A stretch of DNA of 64,000 nt from an uncultured bacterium. Lineage in GTDB: Bacteria; Omnitrophota; Omnitrophia; Omnitrophales; Aquincolibacteriaceae. Shown piece after piece: positions 1-8,597 of the stretch (position 1 is the first letter of the stretch; the number at the start of each line of letters is the position of its first letter). Under the pieces are notes generated by a model, which made no database searches, was not told where the DNA came from, and worked only from the letters and a program-made list of their open reading frames with translations. The stretch is from assembly GCA_964482725.1 (NCBI GenBank), contig CAYZYT010000007.1, positions 19,875 through 83,874 of the forward strand, read 5' to 3'. Position numbers and translations under genes: made by a program.

Positions 1-1931
1 ACAACAGGCTCGATGATGTCATCACGGAAGTCAAAGCAGGCTCCGGGACCGAGGTCGTTCTTTATTCCTCCGGGAGTGGCCCCGGCGCAGATCTTACTGA
101 AACCTACCTTGATTCGACCTCGACCGGTGCGTCCAGTCATTATTATGCCGTGCTGGGTAAGGGCACGGTCGGAAGCGAGAATTATGTGATCGGCAGGAGC
201 GGTAATGGGAGTACGAGAATGCTCGCGGGATCCGGGAGTGTCTATCCTCTTAATATCTGGACGAACGAGGATAACACGTTTGTTCGTTACGTCGCGCCTG
301 TCGTCGGCCCGATCGTCGATGGAGGCACCCAGGGCGTGGATGCAACTTTGAAAGAAATTTTTACGATCCTTCCTAATGTCCCTGTGGAGAAACCCTTGCC
401 GCCTGTGATCATTGAAGATTGGACGGGGGATGGAACTGCGGATCAGGGCGCCACGGATTTCAAAAAACTCATTGGGGATATTCCGACGATTCCGGTGACA
501 GAACCGATCGTGCTCCCGCCCAATCCGGTTGTGGAAACCGAGGTTTCGGATACCGAAACCGATGCGGTCGAGATCCCCGACCTCAATGAGGATGTGGATG
601 ACGGTGATATTTCTTTTACCGAAGAATCCTCCACGGGGCGCGAGCCCGTTCCTGTGAAAACGGACGACGAAACTGCGGGTGCGAAGACCTCTGAGGGTGG
701 AGAGACTAAGAGCGCTACCTCCGAAGAGGAGAGTGCTGTTTCGAAGGATGACGGAAAAGGTCCCCAGTGGCGCGATGTTCCGGTCACGGAAGCTCCCAAT
801 ATTAATGATCCGAAGAAATTCCTGACCGATGTTCGGGTGCTTGAAGGGACCGTGTACGTGCTCGATGGTTCCAACATCATGTCTCTTTTGGGCCGCGGGG
901 AGTCGATGAGAGTTCATTATAAAAAATCGCAGACCCGAGATCTCAGGCCCAAAGCGAAAGATCAAAATCAAAACAGCCGCAAGGAGTTGAAGCTCTTCCT
1001 TAAGGCGGACACGCAAAGTTCGATCGAGACGCTCACGCAGGCGCTCGGAAAGATCGATTCCGGGAAAGGTCATTTCAATGTGCTTCGCGGCCTCGTGGGT
1101 GAAATCCATGAGAGCGACGTGAAGCTCGCCGCGCTCTCCAAAGCGAGCATTCTCGGTCTTCGCGTAACGGCCGATCCGAAAGCCGAGGCGCTGGCAGAGA
1201 CCGAAGGCGTGGTCCTCCGTCTTTACAGCAGCATTCCGGAGGCGGTTGAGGCGCTTGGAAAAGTCATGGAAGGGACCCCGGAGCTTGTGGAGTCGAGGGC
1301 CGAGGCTGGAAACAAAACCCTGCCGGAAGAAACACCCTCGGTGAAAGGCGCGAAGAAAGAATCCACCCCCGCATCGGTGCCGGTGGCGAAGGATTCGGCT
1401 CTGGATGCGGCTGTTTCCGCAGTGACAAAGGCGTTCATGGGATCGGACGCCGCAGAGTCCCTTTCTGAGGAACCCGAGGTTTCGGCGATGTCCGAGGCGG
1501 GCATGAAGCCGGCGACGCCTGTGGTGATGGGGCGCATGGAGAACGGAACGCGCTACGGAACGCTCCGTAAACCCGGCAAGGACGTGTTTGTAAAATGCCG
1601 GGGAGGGACCTGGATGCCGGCGAAGGACGGCATGGTGATCTTGCCGGGGGATGAAGTGAAAACTGCCGCCGTCGGGTCGGTCGAAGTGGTCTTGGATGGC
1701 GGAAGGGTCGGTCGTGTTGAGATCAAAGAAGGCAGCCGTTTTAGAATTGAAAAAGCTGAGACCGATCCTGTGACGGGCGATATGACCACATTGCTGGATC
1801 TTGCGATCGGGAAGATCCTCGTGAAGGTGGAATCTCTCAAAGGTAATTCCAGGTTCGAAGTCAAAAGTCCGACGGCCCTTACCGGGGTTCGTGGCACTAT
1901 CTTTGAGGTGACGGTGAAAGAGAAAGCATAA
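1..1931 (+). CDS. 5'-partial protein with C-terminal FecR-like domain (acidic, low-complexity central region)
   Basis: Frame open from window start through ORF 150..1931 with no stop; C-terminal ~110 aa (GDEVKTAAVGSVEVVLDGGRVGRVEIKEGSRFRI...GVRGTIFEV) resembles FecR/anti-sigma sensor domain; upstream part D/E/T/S-rich. Confidence 0.55.
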   Translation, partial: NRLDDVITEVKAGSGTEVVLYSSGSGPGADLTETYLDSTSTGASSHYYAVLGKGTVGSENYVIGRSGNGSTRMLAGSGSVYPLNIWTNEDNTFVRYVAPVVGPIVDGGTQGVDATLKEIFTILPNVPVEKPLPPVIIEDWTGDGTADQGATDFKKLIGDIPTIPVTEPIVLPPNPVVETEVSDTETDAVEIPDLNEDVDDGDISFTEESSTGREPVPVKTDDETAGAKTSEGGETKSATSEEESAVSKDDGKGPQWRDVPVTEAPNINDPKKFLTDVRVLEGTVYVLDGSNIMSLLGRGESMRVHYKKSQTRDLRPKAKDQNQNSRKELKLFLKADTQSSIETLTQALGKIDSGKGHFNVLRGLVGEIHESDVKLAALSKASILGLRVTADPKAEALAETEGVVLRLYSSIPEAVEALGKVMEGTPELVESRAEAGNKTLPEETPSVKGAKKESTPASVPVAKDSALDAAVSAVTKAFMGSDAAESLSEEPEVSAMSEAGMKPATPVVMGRMENGTRYGTLRKPGKDVFVKCRGGTWMPAKDGMVILPGDEVKTAAVGSVEVVLDGGRVGRVEIKEGSRFRIEKAETDPVTGDMTTLLDLAIGKILVKVESLKGNSRFEVKSPTALTGVRGTIFEVTVKEKA

Positions 1932-1934
1932 AAT

Positions 1935-2022
1935 CGGACTACAGACTACAGACCACAGACTGGAGACTACCGCACAAAGCCCTCGATTTAAGTTTCAGTC
2001 TCGGGTCTCTCGTCTCTCGTCA
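1935..2022. repeat. GAGAC/GTCTC heptad palindromic element (REP-like), copy directly after stop codon
   Basis: gactacagac-tacagac-cacagac-tggagac ... cagtctc-gggtctc-tcgtctc-tcgtc; left arm of NNgagac heptads, right arm gtctcNN heptads; same family at 36516-36568 and 3x inside giant ORF. Confidence 0.6.
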
Positions 2023-2093
2023 AGAAAACACCCCCGAGAACCGATAATGGTTGATGTAGGGCTTCTATCATTCTTCATACATGGAAAAGGATT

Positions 2094-3569
2094 ATGAAAA
2101 AACACCCGCAGCTTTTTGAAGTGAATGCCTTCTTCTTTATCTCCCGAATGTCCAAGAAATATGGGCGTCCTCTGACGCTCATGACCGTCCCGGCTTCGGA
2201 GTGGAAATCCTTCGCGGAACAGGGGTTCGATTATCTCTGGCTTATGGGGGTTTGGGCCCATAGTCCCGGGTCGGCCGAGCATGCCGCCAAGGAGCCCGGT
2301 CTTTGTCGTGCCTATGATCTGATCCTTCCGGGCTGGAAGCGCGAAGATGTGACGGGTTCTCCTTATGCCATTTTTGGTTATGAACTCGATCCTTATCTTG
2401 GCCGGCCGGAGGAATTGGCTCAGCTCAAAATGAGACTGAACGGCATGGGGCTTGGCCTCGTGCTGGATTTTGTGCCCAATCATCTTGCCTTCGATCATCC
2501 CTGGACCCTGGAGCGTCCCGAACTTTTCGTGTCCTGCCGCCCGGAGACCTTACACGCCCATCCGGAATGGTCTTTCATTACTGCTGACGGTAAAAAGATT
2601 GCGCACGGCCGGGATCCTTATTTTGCGCCGTGGATCGATACCGCGCAGATCAATTTCTGGTCTCCCCAAGCGCGCGAAGCCTGGCTCACCGAACTTCTCA
2701 AACTCGCAAAGGTCGCTGACGGAGTGCGTTGCGATATGGCCATGCTCGCGTTAAACGATGTTTTTCAAAGTGTGTGGGGCGACCATATTTCGGACACAAG
2801 GCCCTACACGGAATTCTGGGAGGAAGTGATCCCGGAAGTGAAAAAGATCGCGCCGAATTTTATTTTTATCGCGGAAGTCTACTGGGACATGGATTGGCCG
2901 CTCCAGCAACTGGGTTTTGATTTTACTTACGACAAGCGTCTTTACGACCGGATGTTCTTTGATTCCGCGACCTCGGTGGCCGATCACTTGAACGCGGAAC
3001 CGGTTTATCGCGATAAATGTCTTCGTTTTATCGAGAACCATGACGAAGAGCGGGCGACGGTGACCTTTGGAAAACAGAAATCCAGAGCCGCGGGGATCAT
3101 TGCGGCCACGGCTCCCGGACTCCGGTTTTTTTATGACGGACAATTGGAAGGACGAAGGATACGCACTCCCATTCATCTGCGGCGAGAGCCCCAGGAGCCC
3201 GTGGATCCCGTGGCGGTCGCGATCTACCGGCGACTTTTGCGTTTTATCAAAGGCCCCACGACTCACGAAGGGGAATGGACGCTCTTGCAGACCCAACCGG
3301 CCTGGAGGCAAAATGAGAGCTACAATGCGGTTCTCGCGTACCTTTGGGGCTATGGGATGGAGTGGAAACTCGTCGTGGTCAATTATTCCATGATCCGCGC
3401 GCAGGCGTCCATCCGGTTACCGGAATTTCTGAGCCGGCAATGTTTCATCCAGTTCCGGGACGTGCTGACCGACAAGGTCTACGACCGGACCGGAGAAGAA
3501 CTTCTCCAAAGAGGATTTTATGTGGACCTCCCGCCCTGGCAGGCCCACCTATTCGAGTTCAAGGTCTAG
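2094..3569 (+). CDS. glycoside hydrolase family 13 (alpha-amylase family) protein
   Basis: GH13 conserved regions visible: DFVPNH (I), GVRCDMAMLA (II, GxRxDxA), FIAEVY (III, catalytic Glu), FIENHD (IV). Confidence 0.8.
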   Translation: MKKHPQLFEVNAFFFISRMSKKYGRPLTLMTVPASEWKSFAEQGFDYLWLMGVWAHSPGSAEHAAKEPGLCRAYDLILPGWKREDVTGSPYAIFGYELDPYLGRPEELAQLKMRLNGMGLGLVLDFVPNHLAFDHPWTLERPELFVSCRPETLHAHPEWSFITADGKKIAHGRDPYFAPWIDTAQINFWSPQAREAWLTELLKLAKVADGVRCDMAMLALNDVFQSVWGDHISDTRPYTEFWEEVIPEVKKIAPNFIFIAEVYWDMDWPLQQLGFDFTYDKRLYDRMFFDSATSVADHLNAEPVYRDKCLRFIENHDEERATVTFGKQKSRAAGIIAATAPGLRFFYDGQLEGRRIRTPIHLRREPQEPVDPVAVAIYRRLLRFIKGPTTHEGEWTLLQTQPAWRQNESYNAVLAYLWGYGMEWKLVVVNYSMIRAQASIRLPEFLSRQCFIQFRDVLTDKVYDRTGEELLQRGFYVDLPPWQAHLFEFKV

Positions 3570-3616
3570 CCCTTCCCCCAATCGCATTTCACACCCGCCA
3601 GAAATTTTAAGAGCAA

Positions 3617-3985
3617 TTCCAATGCGGTGAGGCACGCTCGCGAGACGGAGCGGGCATGGTGGCTGACAGGAGTCGCCTCTCGACAACGGCTGTTCATCCG
3701 CTCCTGTCCCAATACCTATCAATTTTAACGAAGGTGAAATTGGGGCTGCCCTGATTACCTGTTGATTTATATTTGAGAATCAGGGCTGCAGCGGATGCCA
3801 GCCTGCGCTCTCGCTGATGGGACCTGCTCTTTTGAGCAGGACCAAGCTCCCATCAGCTCCGAGAGCTGTCTCGATGCGACTCCTGTCTGCCGAGTGAAGT
3901 CGAACGCGCGAGCGAAGATCGCCTCGCTGGGGCGATCTGAGCGATGACGAAACGCATTGGAATTGCCCATTGGCTGACCAGAGAT
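3617..3985. repeat. ~350-bp structured intergenic repeat, copy 1 (family A)
   Basis: Shares modules with 20328-20665: caatgcg..gag.acgctcgcgagacgga.cgggca.ggtgg; gctctc.ctgatgggacctgct...caggacc...tcccatcagctccgagagctgtctcga; tcccaatacctatcaattttaacgaag.tgaaaattggggc; gcgcgagcgaaga.cgcctcgctggggcgatctgagcgatgacga..cgcattgg; long imperfect hairpins. Confidence 0.7.
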
Positions 3986-4080
3986 GTATCCGCCACTAAA
4001 ACCGCGCTTGGAGTGTGGCGGGTTGTTTGCTAGACTGTCCCGTCTGCAATATTAACTTATCAATTTTCCCGGGAGATAAA

Positions 4081-6579
4081 ATGGCTACTGCGAAAAAGAA
4101 GGATGAGCGAAAAGAGAATCCGGAACTTTGGCACCTGGAAACTAAGGACATGACCAAAGACGGATTGAAGGAATCTTTCAGCGCCAGTCTCCACTACGGC
4201 CTTGCCAAGGACCGGTTTACCGCCACCTCTCACGATAATTTTATGGCGCTCGGGATGTCCCTGCGGGACCGGCTGGTGGAACGATGGATCCAAACCCAGC
4301 AGCGCTATCACGTGAAGAACCTCAAACGCGTCTATTATCTTTCTCTGGAATTCCTGATCGGCCGTCTTTTGGGAAATTATATTTTGAATCTCGGACTGTG
4401 GGACCAAAGCCAAAAAGCTCTCGAGGAATTCGGGCTCGATCTTGAAAAAGTCCGTGAGGAGGAGGTCGACGCGGGGCTCGGGAACGGTGGCTTGGGACGC
4501 CTGGCCGCGTGTTTTCTGGATTCGATGGCGACGCTCGGGATCCCCGCGCATGGGTACGGGATCCGCTATGACTACGGGATCTTCAATCAAAGGATCATCA
4601 ACGGCTATCAGGTGGAATCGCCGGATGAATGGCTCAAGCACGGGAATCCCTGGGAATTTGCCCGCCCGGAATACTCTCAGAAGATCAAGTTCTACGGCGC
4701 GACGAACATGTACCATGACAAAAAAGGCCGGCTTTGCGTTGAGTGGGTGAATGCGCAGAATGTTCTCGCGATGCCCTACGACACTCCGGTCCCGGGGTAC
4801 AAGAATAATGTCGTCAATACCCTTCGCCTCTGGTCCGCAAAAAGTTCCGAAGAGTTCGATCTCCAGTATTTTAATGACGGGGATTACGAGCGCGCGGTTT
4901 ACGACAAGATGTTTACGGAAAATATTTCCAAGGTTCTTTACCCCAATGACGCGACCTCGATGGGCAGGGAACTGCGTCTGAAACAGGAATATTTCTTTAC
5001 CGCAGCGTCGATCGCGGACATCATCCGCCGTTTCAAAGAAGATAATACCCTTTTTAAGGATTTCCCCGAGAAAGCGGCGATCCAGTTGAATGACACACAT
5101 CCGGCGCTTGCGATCGTGGAGTTCATGCGCATTCTTTTGGATGAAGAACAAATGGATTGGGATCTGGCTTGGGACCTCACGGTCCGGACTTTCGCCTACA
5201 CCAATCATACCGTGATGCCCGAGGCGCTTGAGTGTTGGCCTGTCGCGGTATTCGAAAAGCTTCTGCCCCGTCACATGCAGATCGTCTATGAGATCAACGA
5301 CCGGTTTCTGAAGGAGCTTTCTGCGGAATATCCGGGCGACTCGGACCGGCTGCGGCGGATGTCCCTGATCGACGAAGGCGGCGGGAAAAAGATCCGCATG
5401 GCGTACCTCGCGATCATCGGCTCTCATTCCGTGAACGGGGTTTCCGAACTGCACAGCACGCTTCTCAAAGAGCAGCTCTTCAAGGATTTTTATGAGCTGT
5501 CGCCGGAAAAGTTCAACAACAAGACCAACGGGATCACGCACCGCCGGTGGCTGATGAAGGCCAATCGGCCGCTTTCCGCGCTTATCACAGGAACGATCGG
5601 GGAAGGCTGGGAGAAGAACCTCTACGAACTGGAAAAGTTGGTGCCGCACAAGGGCGATCATCTTCTCAGGAAAAAATGGCAGCAGGTGAAGCGCGACAAC
5701 AAAAAGCTGCTCGCGGATCTGATCTTCAGGGAAACGGGTGTCCGGGTCAATGTCGATTCCATGTTCGACGTCCAGGTCAAGCGTATTCACGAATACAAAC
5801 GCCAGACCCTTTTCATCCTCTATGCGATCTCCCAATACCTGAAGCTCCGGGAGAATCCGGGCGCCTCCATCACCCCGAGGACGTTCATTTTTTCCGGGAA
5901 AGCGGCCCCGAGCTATTTTCTCGCGAAACTCATCATCAAATTCATCAATAACGTGGCGAATGTGATCAATCACGACAAGGTGAGCAAGGAGAAGCTTACG
6001 GTCGTCTTCCTTGAAAATTACCGCGTTTCCCTGGCCGAGAAGATCTTTCCGGCGAGCGATCTTTCCGAACAGATCTCGACGGCGGGGACGGAAGCCTCCG
6101 GGACGGGTTGCATGAAATTCATGATGAACGGGGCTTTGACCGTGGGGACCTATGACGGGGCCAATATCGAGATCGCCGAAGAGGTGGGGGAAGAAAATAT
6201 TTATATGTTCGGCCTCAAGGCGCAGGAAGCGCTGAAGCTGAAATGTGAGGGCTATGACCCTCAGCGTTTCATCCGGGAGTCCGCCGGCTTGCGCCAGATC
6301 TTTCAGATGATGCGGAGTAATTTCTTCTCACCGATGGAGCCGGGCATCTTTGACCCGCTCGTTCACAATCTGAGCGTGGACGATCCGTTCATGGTTTGTG
6401 CGGATTTTGAATCCTATTGCGCCATTCAGGACAGGATCTCGGAAGATTATCAGGATCAGGATCAGTGGACCGAGAAGGCTATCCTCAATATGGCGAAATC
6501 GGGGAAGTTCTCCAGCGACCGCACGATCGCCGAATATGCCAGGGATATTTGGAATGTCCCAACGAACCAGTCTAAGTGA
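4081..6579 (+). CDS. glgP: glycogen/maltodextrin phosphorylase
   Basis: Full-length alpha-glucan phosphorylase homology; PLP-site region EASGTGCMKFMMNGALTVGTYDGANIE; start chosen at ATG 4081 with gggagataaa RBS (track ORF begins at 4015). Confidence 0.9.
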   Translation: MATAKKKDERKENPELWHLETKDMTKDGLKESFSASLHYGLAKDRFTATSHDNFMALGMSLRDRLVERWIQTQQRYHVKNLKRVYYLSLEFLIGRLLGNYILNLGLWDQSQKALEEFGLDLEKVREEEVDAGLGNGGLGRLAACFLDSMATLGIPAHGYGIRYDYGIFNQRIINGYQVESPDEWLKHGNPWEFARPEYSQKIKFYGATNMYHDKKGRLCVEWVNAQNVLAMPYDTPVPGYKNNVVNTLRLWSAKSSEEFDLQYFNDGDYERAVYDKMFTENISKVLYPNDATSMGRELRLKQEYFFTAASIADIIRRFKEDNTLFKDFPEKAAIQLNDTHPALAIVEFMRILLDEEQMDWDLAWDLTVRTFAYTNHTVMPEALECWPVAVFEKLLPRHMQIVYEINDRFLKELSAEYPGDSDRLRRMSLIDEGGGKKIRMAYLAIIGSHSVNGVSELHSTLLKEQLFKDFYELSPEKFNNKTNGITHRRWLMKANRPLSALITGTIGEGWEKNLYELEKLVPHKGDHLLRKKWQQVKRDNKKLLADLIFRETGVRVNVDSMFDVQVKRIHEYKRQTLFILYAISQYLKLRENPGASITPRTFIFSGKAAPSYFLAKLIIKFINNVANVINHDKVSKEKLTVVFLENYRVSLAEKIFPASDLSEQISTAGTEASGTGCMKFMMNGALTVGTYDGANIEIAEEVGEENIYMFGLKAQEALKLKCEGYDPQRFIRESAGLRQIFQMMRSNFFSPMEPGIFDPLVHNLSVDDPFMVCADFESYCAIQDRISEDYQDQDQWTEKAILNMAKSGKFSSDRTIAEYARDIWNVPTNQSK

Positions 6580-6589
6580 AATTCTAACA

Positions 6590-6734
6590 GGCTGCTAAAA
6601 ACAGTACTCGCGTCATTCTGAGCCCCGGAGTTTCCGACCCATTCGGGTCGTAGACCCGGTGGGAGGGCGAAGAATCCCGATGAGAGATCCTTCACGATGC
6701 TGCGCATCGCTCAGGATGACGAAGTTTTTAGCAG
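6590..6734. repeat. ~113-bp palindromic element with 11-bp terminal inverted repeats (family B, copy 1, MITE-like)
   Basis: Core cgtcattctgagc...ccgacccattcgggtcg...gaagaatcccgatgagagatccttc...gctcaggatgacg (ends mutually complementary), flanked by ctgctaaaaac / gtttttagcag; near-perfect reverse complement of 8368-8480. Confidence 0.75.
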
Positions 6735-6939
6735 TTTCCTAAACAAACTCGAGACATAAAATTTTAAAATCCGAAACGCGGGTTTAGTCTTTGAGTTTTG
6801 AACATTTGAATTTGTTTAGGGTTTAGTGTTTCGTGTTTAGGATTTGACGCAATAACGGCCCCGCCACCTGTGAAGTGGCGGAGCTTAGTACATAGCCATC
6901 TGGTTTCTAAGTACTATGTGCCATGCACCATGTACTGCT

Positions 6940-8268
6940 TTACGACTTATTCCTTCCCCCCAGTTGCCGGATCCCCGTGACGCTGAAGAAAAGTTCCAGG
7001 CTCGATATTTGTTGCGCCACAAGCCGTACTTCCCGGAATTTTTCGGAAAGAATGAAGTGCGACAGGAATCGCAGTACTCCCGAGATCAAAAAGACGGTCA
7101 GGATCGCGGATCCCCGGAACGGTAACACGCGTTCGACAAGAAATCCTCCCGTCGCGGCACCCAGAAAGATCGCAATGCCCGTGATGACGGCGAAGTAGCT
7201 CAGGCAGCGGATCCTCTTACCGGAGCTAACGGCTTCGTAGATGAAATTCAGTGCGCAGAGATTGAAACCTCCCCACACGAATCCGGAAAAGATCTCCACG
7301 CAGATCAGATAGGCGGGGAGGGGCGAGACCATCCAGAGCAGCGGGATCGCTGGGATGAGCAGGCTTGTGAGTTTGAGGATCTTCGCGTTTCCGACCGAAT
7401 CCGCATGCCTTCCCCATATCGGAAAGGAGAGAAGGCCTGCGGCGACAGACGTGAAGCGGATGGCCATAAAGAGAAGATAATTAAAGTGAAGGTCGCTGAG
7501 CATGTAGACGCTGAAGAAGGGCGCGGCAAGGTTCGTCGCGAACATAATGCTTGCGACATAGAATACGAATTTCACGAAATTACTTTGCCGGAATCTCCGG
7601 AGGAACATGAAGAACGTGAAGTGGCTTTCCGGTGTTTTAACGACCGGAAGATCCTGCATCCGCGCCATGAGTCCCGCGGAAAGGAACCGGGCCAAGGTGG
7701 CGACCGCGACGAGGATCACAAAACCGGCTGCTTGAAGATGCCCCTGATAGCTGAAAAGAAGCGCGCCGCCCCAAATTGTGCCGAGCATGCCGGCGATACC
7801 GACGAGCCTTGAGCGCCATCCGAAATAGCGGCCCCGTTCCTCGGCCGGAAGATAATCGCTCGTCAGGCTGCCCCAGACCGTGCTGATGACGCTTCCGAAG
7901 GTCCGGAAAAAGGTCACACATACGATAAGGACCCCGATCCTCCAGGAGCCGGTTAGGCACGGAAGAAAAGCGATCGGAAGCAGGCAAAAGGCTTGCCCGG
8001 CCGCGCTGCTCACGAGAGAGCGGAGCCGGCTGCCTTTCATCAGGTCCACCCACTTCGAGGTCCAAAGCTGGAGGACGGAGCTGACGAGGGTTGGGACGGC
8101 CACGAGGAACGCGATCTCGGCCGGGGTGGCGCCGAGAAAAAGAGCCAGAGGAATGGAATAATCATCGGCGAGGGACTGCATGACGCTCGCGGGGAGGCCT
8201 TCCTTCCAGGAGATCTGAAGGCTCTTCAGGTAAGGATTTTCTCTGAGTTGTGCGAAGATTTTTTCCAT
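6940..8268 (-). CDS. MFS family transporter (12 predicted TM helices)
   Basis: Hydrophobic 12-TM profile, MFS loop motif WGRHADSVGNAKILK; start placed at internal ATG 8268 preceded by gaggggg RBS because the ORF-track start (8373) lies inside the inverted repeat element. Confidence 0.7.
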   Translation of the reverse strand: MEKIFAQLRENPYLKSLQISWKEGLPASVMQSLADDYSIPLALFLGATPAEIAFLVAVPTLVSSVLQLWTSKWVDLMKGSRLRSLVSSAAGQAFCLLPIAFLPCLTGSWRIGVLIVCVTFFRTFGSVISTVWGSLTSDYLPAEERGRYFGWRSRLVGIAGMLGTIWGGALLFSYQGHLQAAGFVILVAVATLARFLSAGLMARMQDLPVVKTPESHFTFFMFLRRFRQSNFVKFVFYVASIMFATNLAAPFFSVYMLSDLHFNYLLFMAIRFTSVAAGLLSFPIWGRHADSVGNAKILKLTSLLIPAIPLLWMVSPLPAYLICVEIFSGFVWGGFNLCALNFIYEAVSSGKRIRCLSYFAVITGIAIFLGAATGGFLVERVLPFRGSAILTVFLISGVLRFLSHFILSEKFREVRLVAQQISSLELFFSVTGIRQLGGRNKS

Positions 8269-8354
8269 GACGGTGGCCCCCTCTGTTATCGGCAAGAACA
8301 AAGCCTTTAATGAGCTTGCGAGCGCATCTCTTCGCATGGGGATTCCACGCAAAC

Positions 8355-8495
8355 TGTTGAAAAACTTCGTCATCCTGAGCGATGCGCAGCATCGTGAAGG
8401 ATCTCTCGTCGGGATCCTTCACCCTCCCACCGGGTCTACGACCCGAATGGATCGGGAACTCCGGAGTTCAAAATGACGCGAAGGGTGGTTTTTAA
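8355..8495. repeat. family B palindromic element, copy 2 (inverted relative to copy 1)
   Basis: cgtcatcctgagcgatgcgcagcatcgtgaaggatctctcgtcgggatccttcaccctcccaccgggtctacgacccgaatggatcgggaactccggagttcaaaatgacgcg = reverse complement of 6609-6721 with few mismatches; flanked by gttgaaaaac / ggtttttaac. Confidence 0.75.
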
Positions 8496-8597
8496 CGGTA
8501 TGTCTGATGCAAGGGCGCTATCGTTTTTGTGGGGCGTGGTGTATACTTTCCGTAGTCATTGCTTCTTCCTCGAAGTTTGTCAGCCAGTGGGGTGAAA

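Noticed and set aside
4060-5973. Long reverse-strand ORFs (4060-5973, 14647-16410, 19333-20397, 20802-21746, 51654-52883 and many 60-250 aa ORFs) overlapping confident + strand genes
   Set aside because: They lie antisense to genes with clear family motifs (glgP, gdhA, hcp, radical SAM, the GDH module). Their translations are Arg/Pro/Gly-rich as expected for random frames in GC-rich DNA, and none shows a recognisable domain.
6760-6850. Degenerate gtttag(g) repeats (gtttagggtttagtgtttcgtgtttagg), superficially telomere-like
   Set aside because: It is only about four imperfect units in an AT-rich spacer between convergent genes. This is most likely low-complexity terminator/spacer sequence and too short to support any call.
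8559-8597. Track-reported alternative (TTG/GTG) upstream starts for several genes (8559, 13087, 13797, 16879, 21600, 29792, 39172, 4015, 20646)
   Set aside because: Downstream in-frame ATG/GTG codons with better-placed purine-rich RBSs and protein-family-typical N-termini were preferred. Several of the upstream extensions run into repeat elements or the preceding gene.
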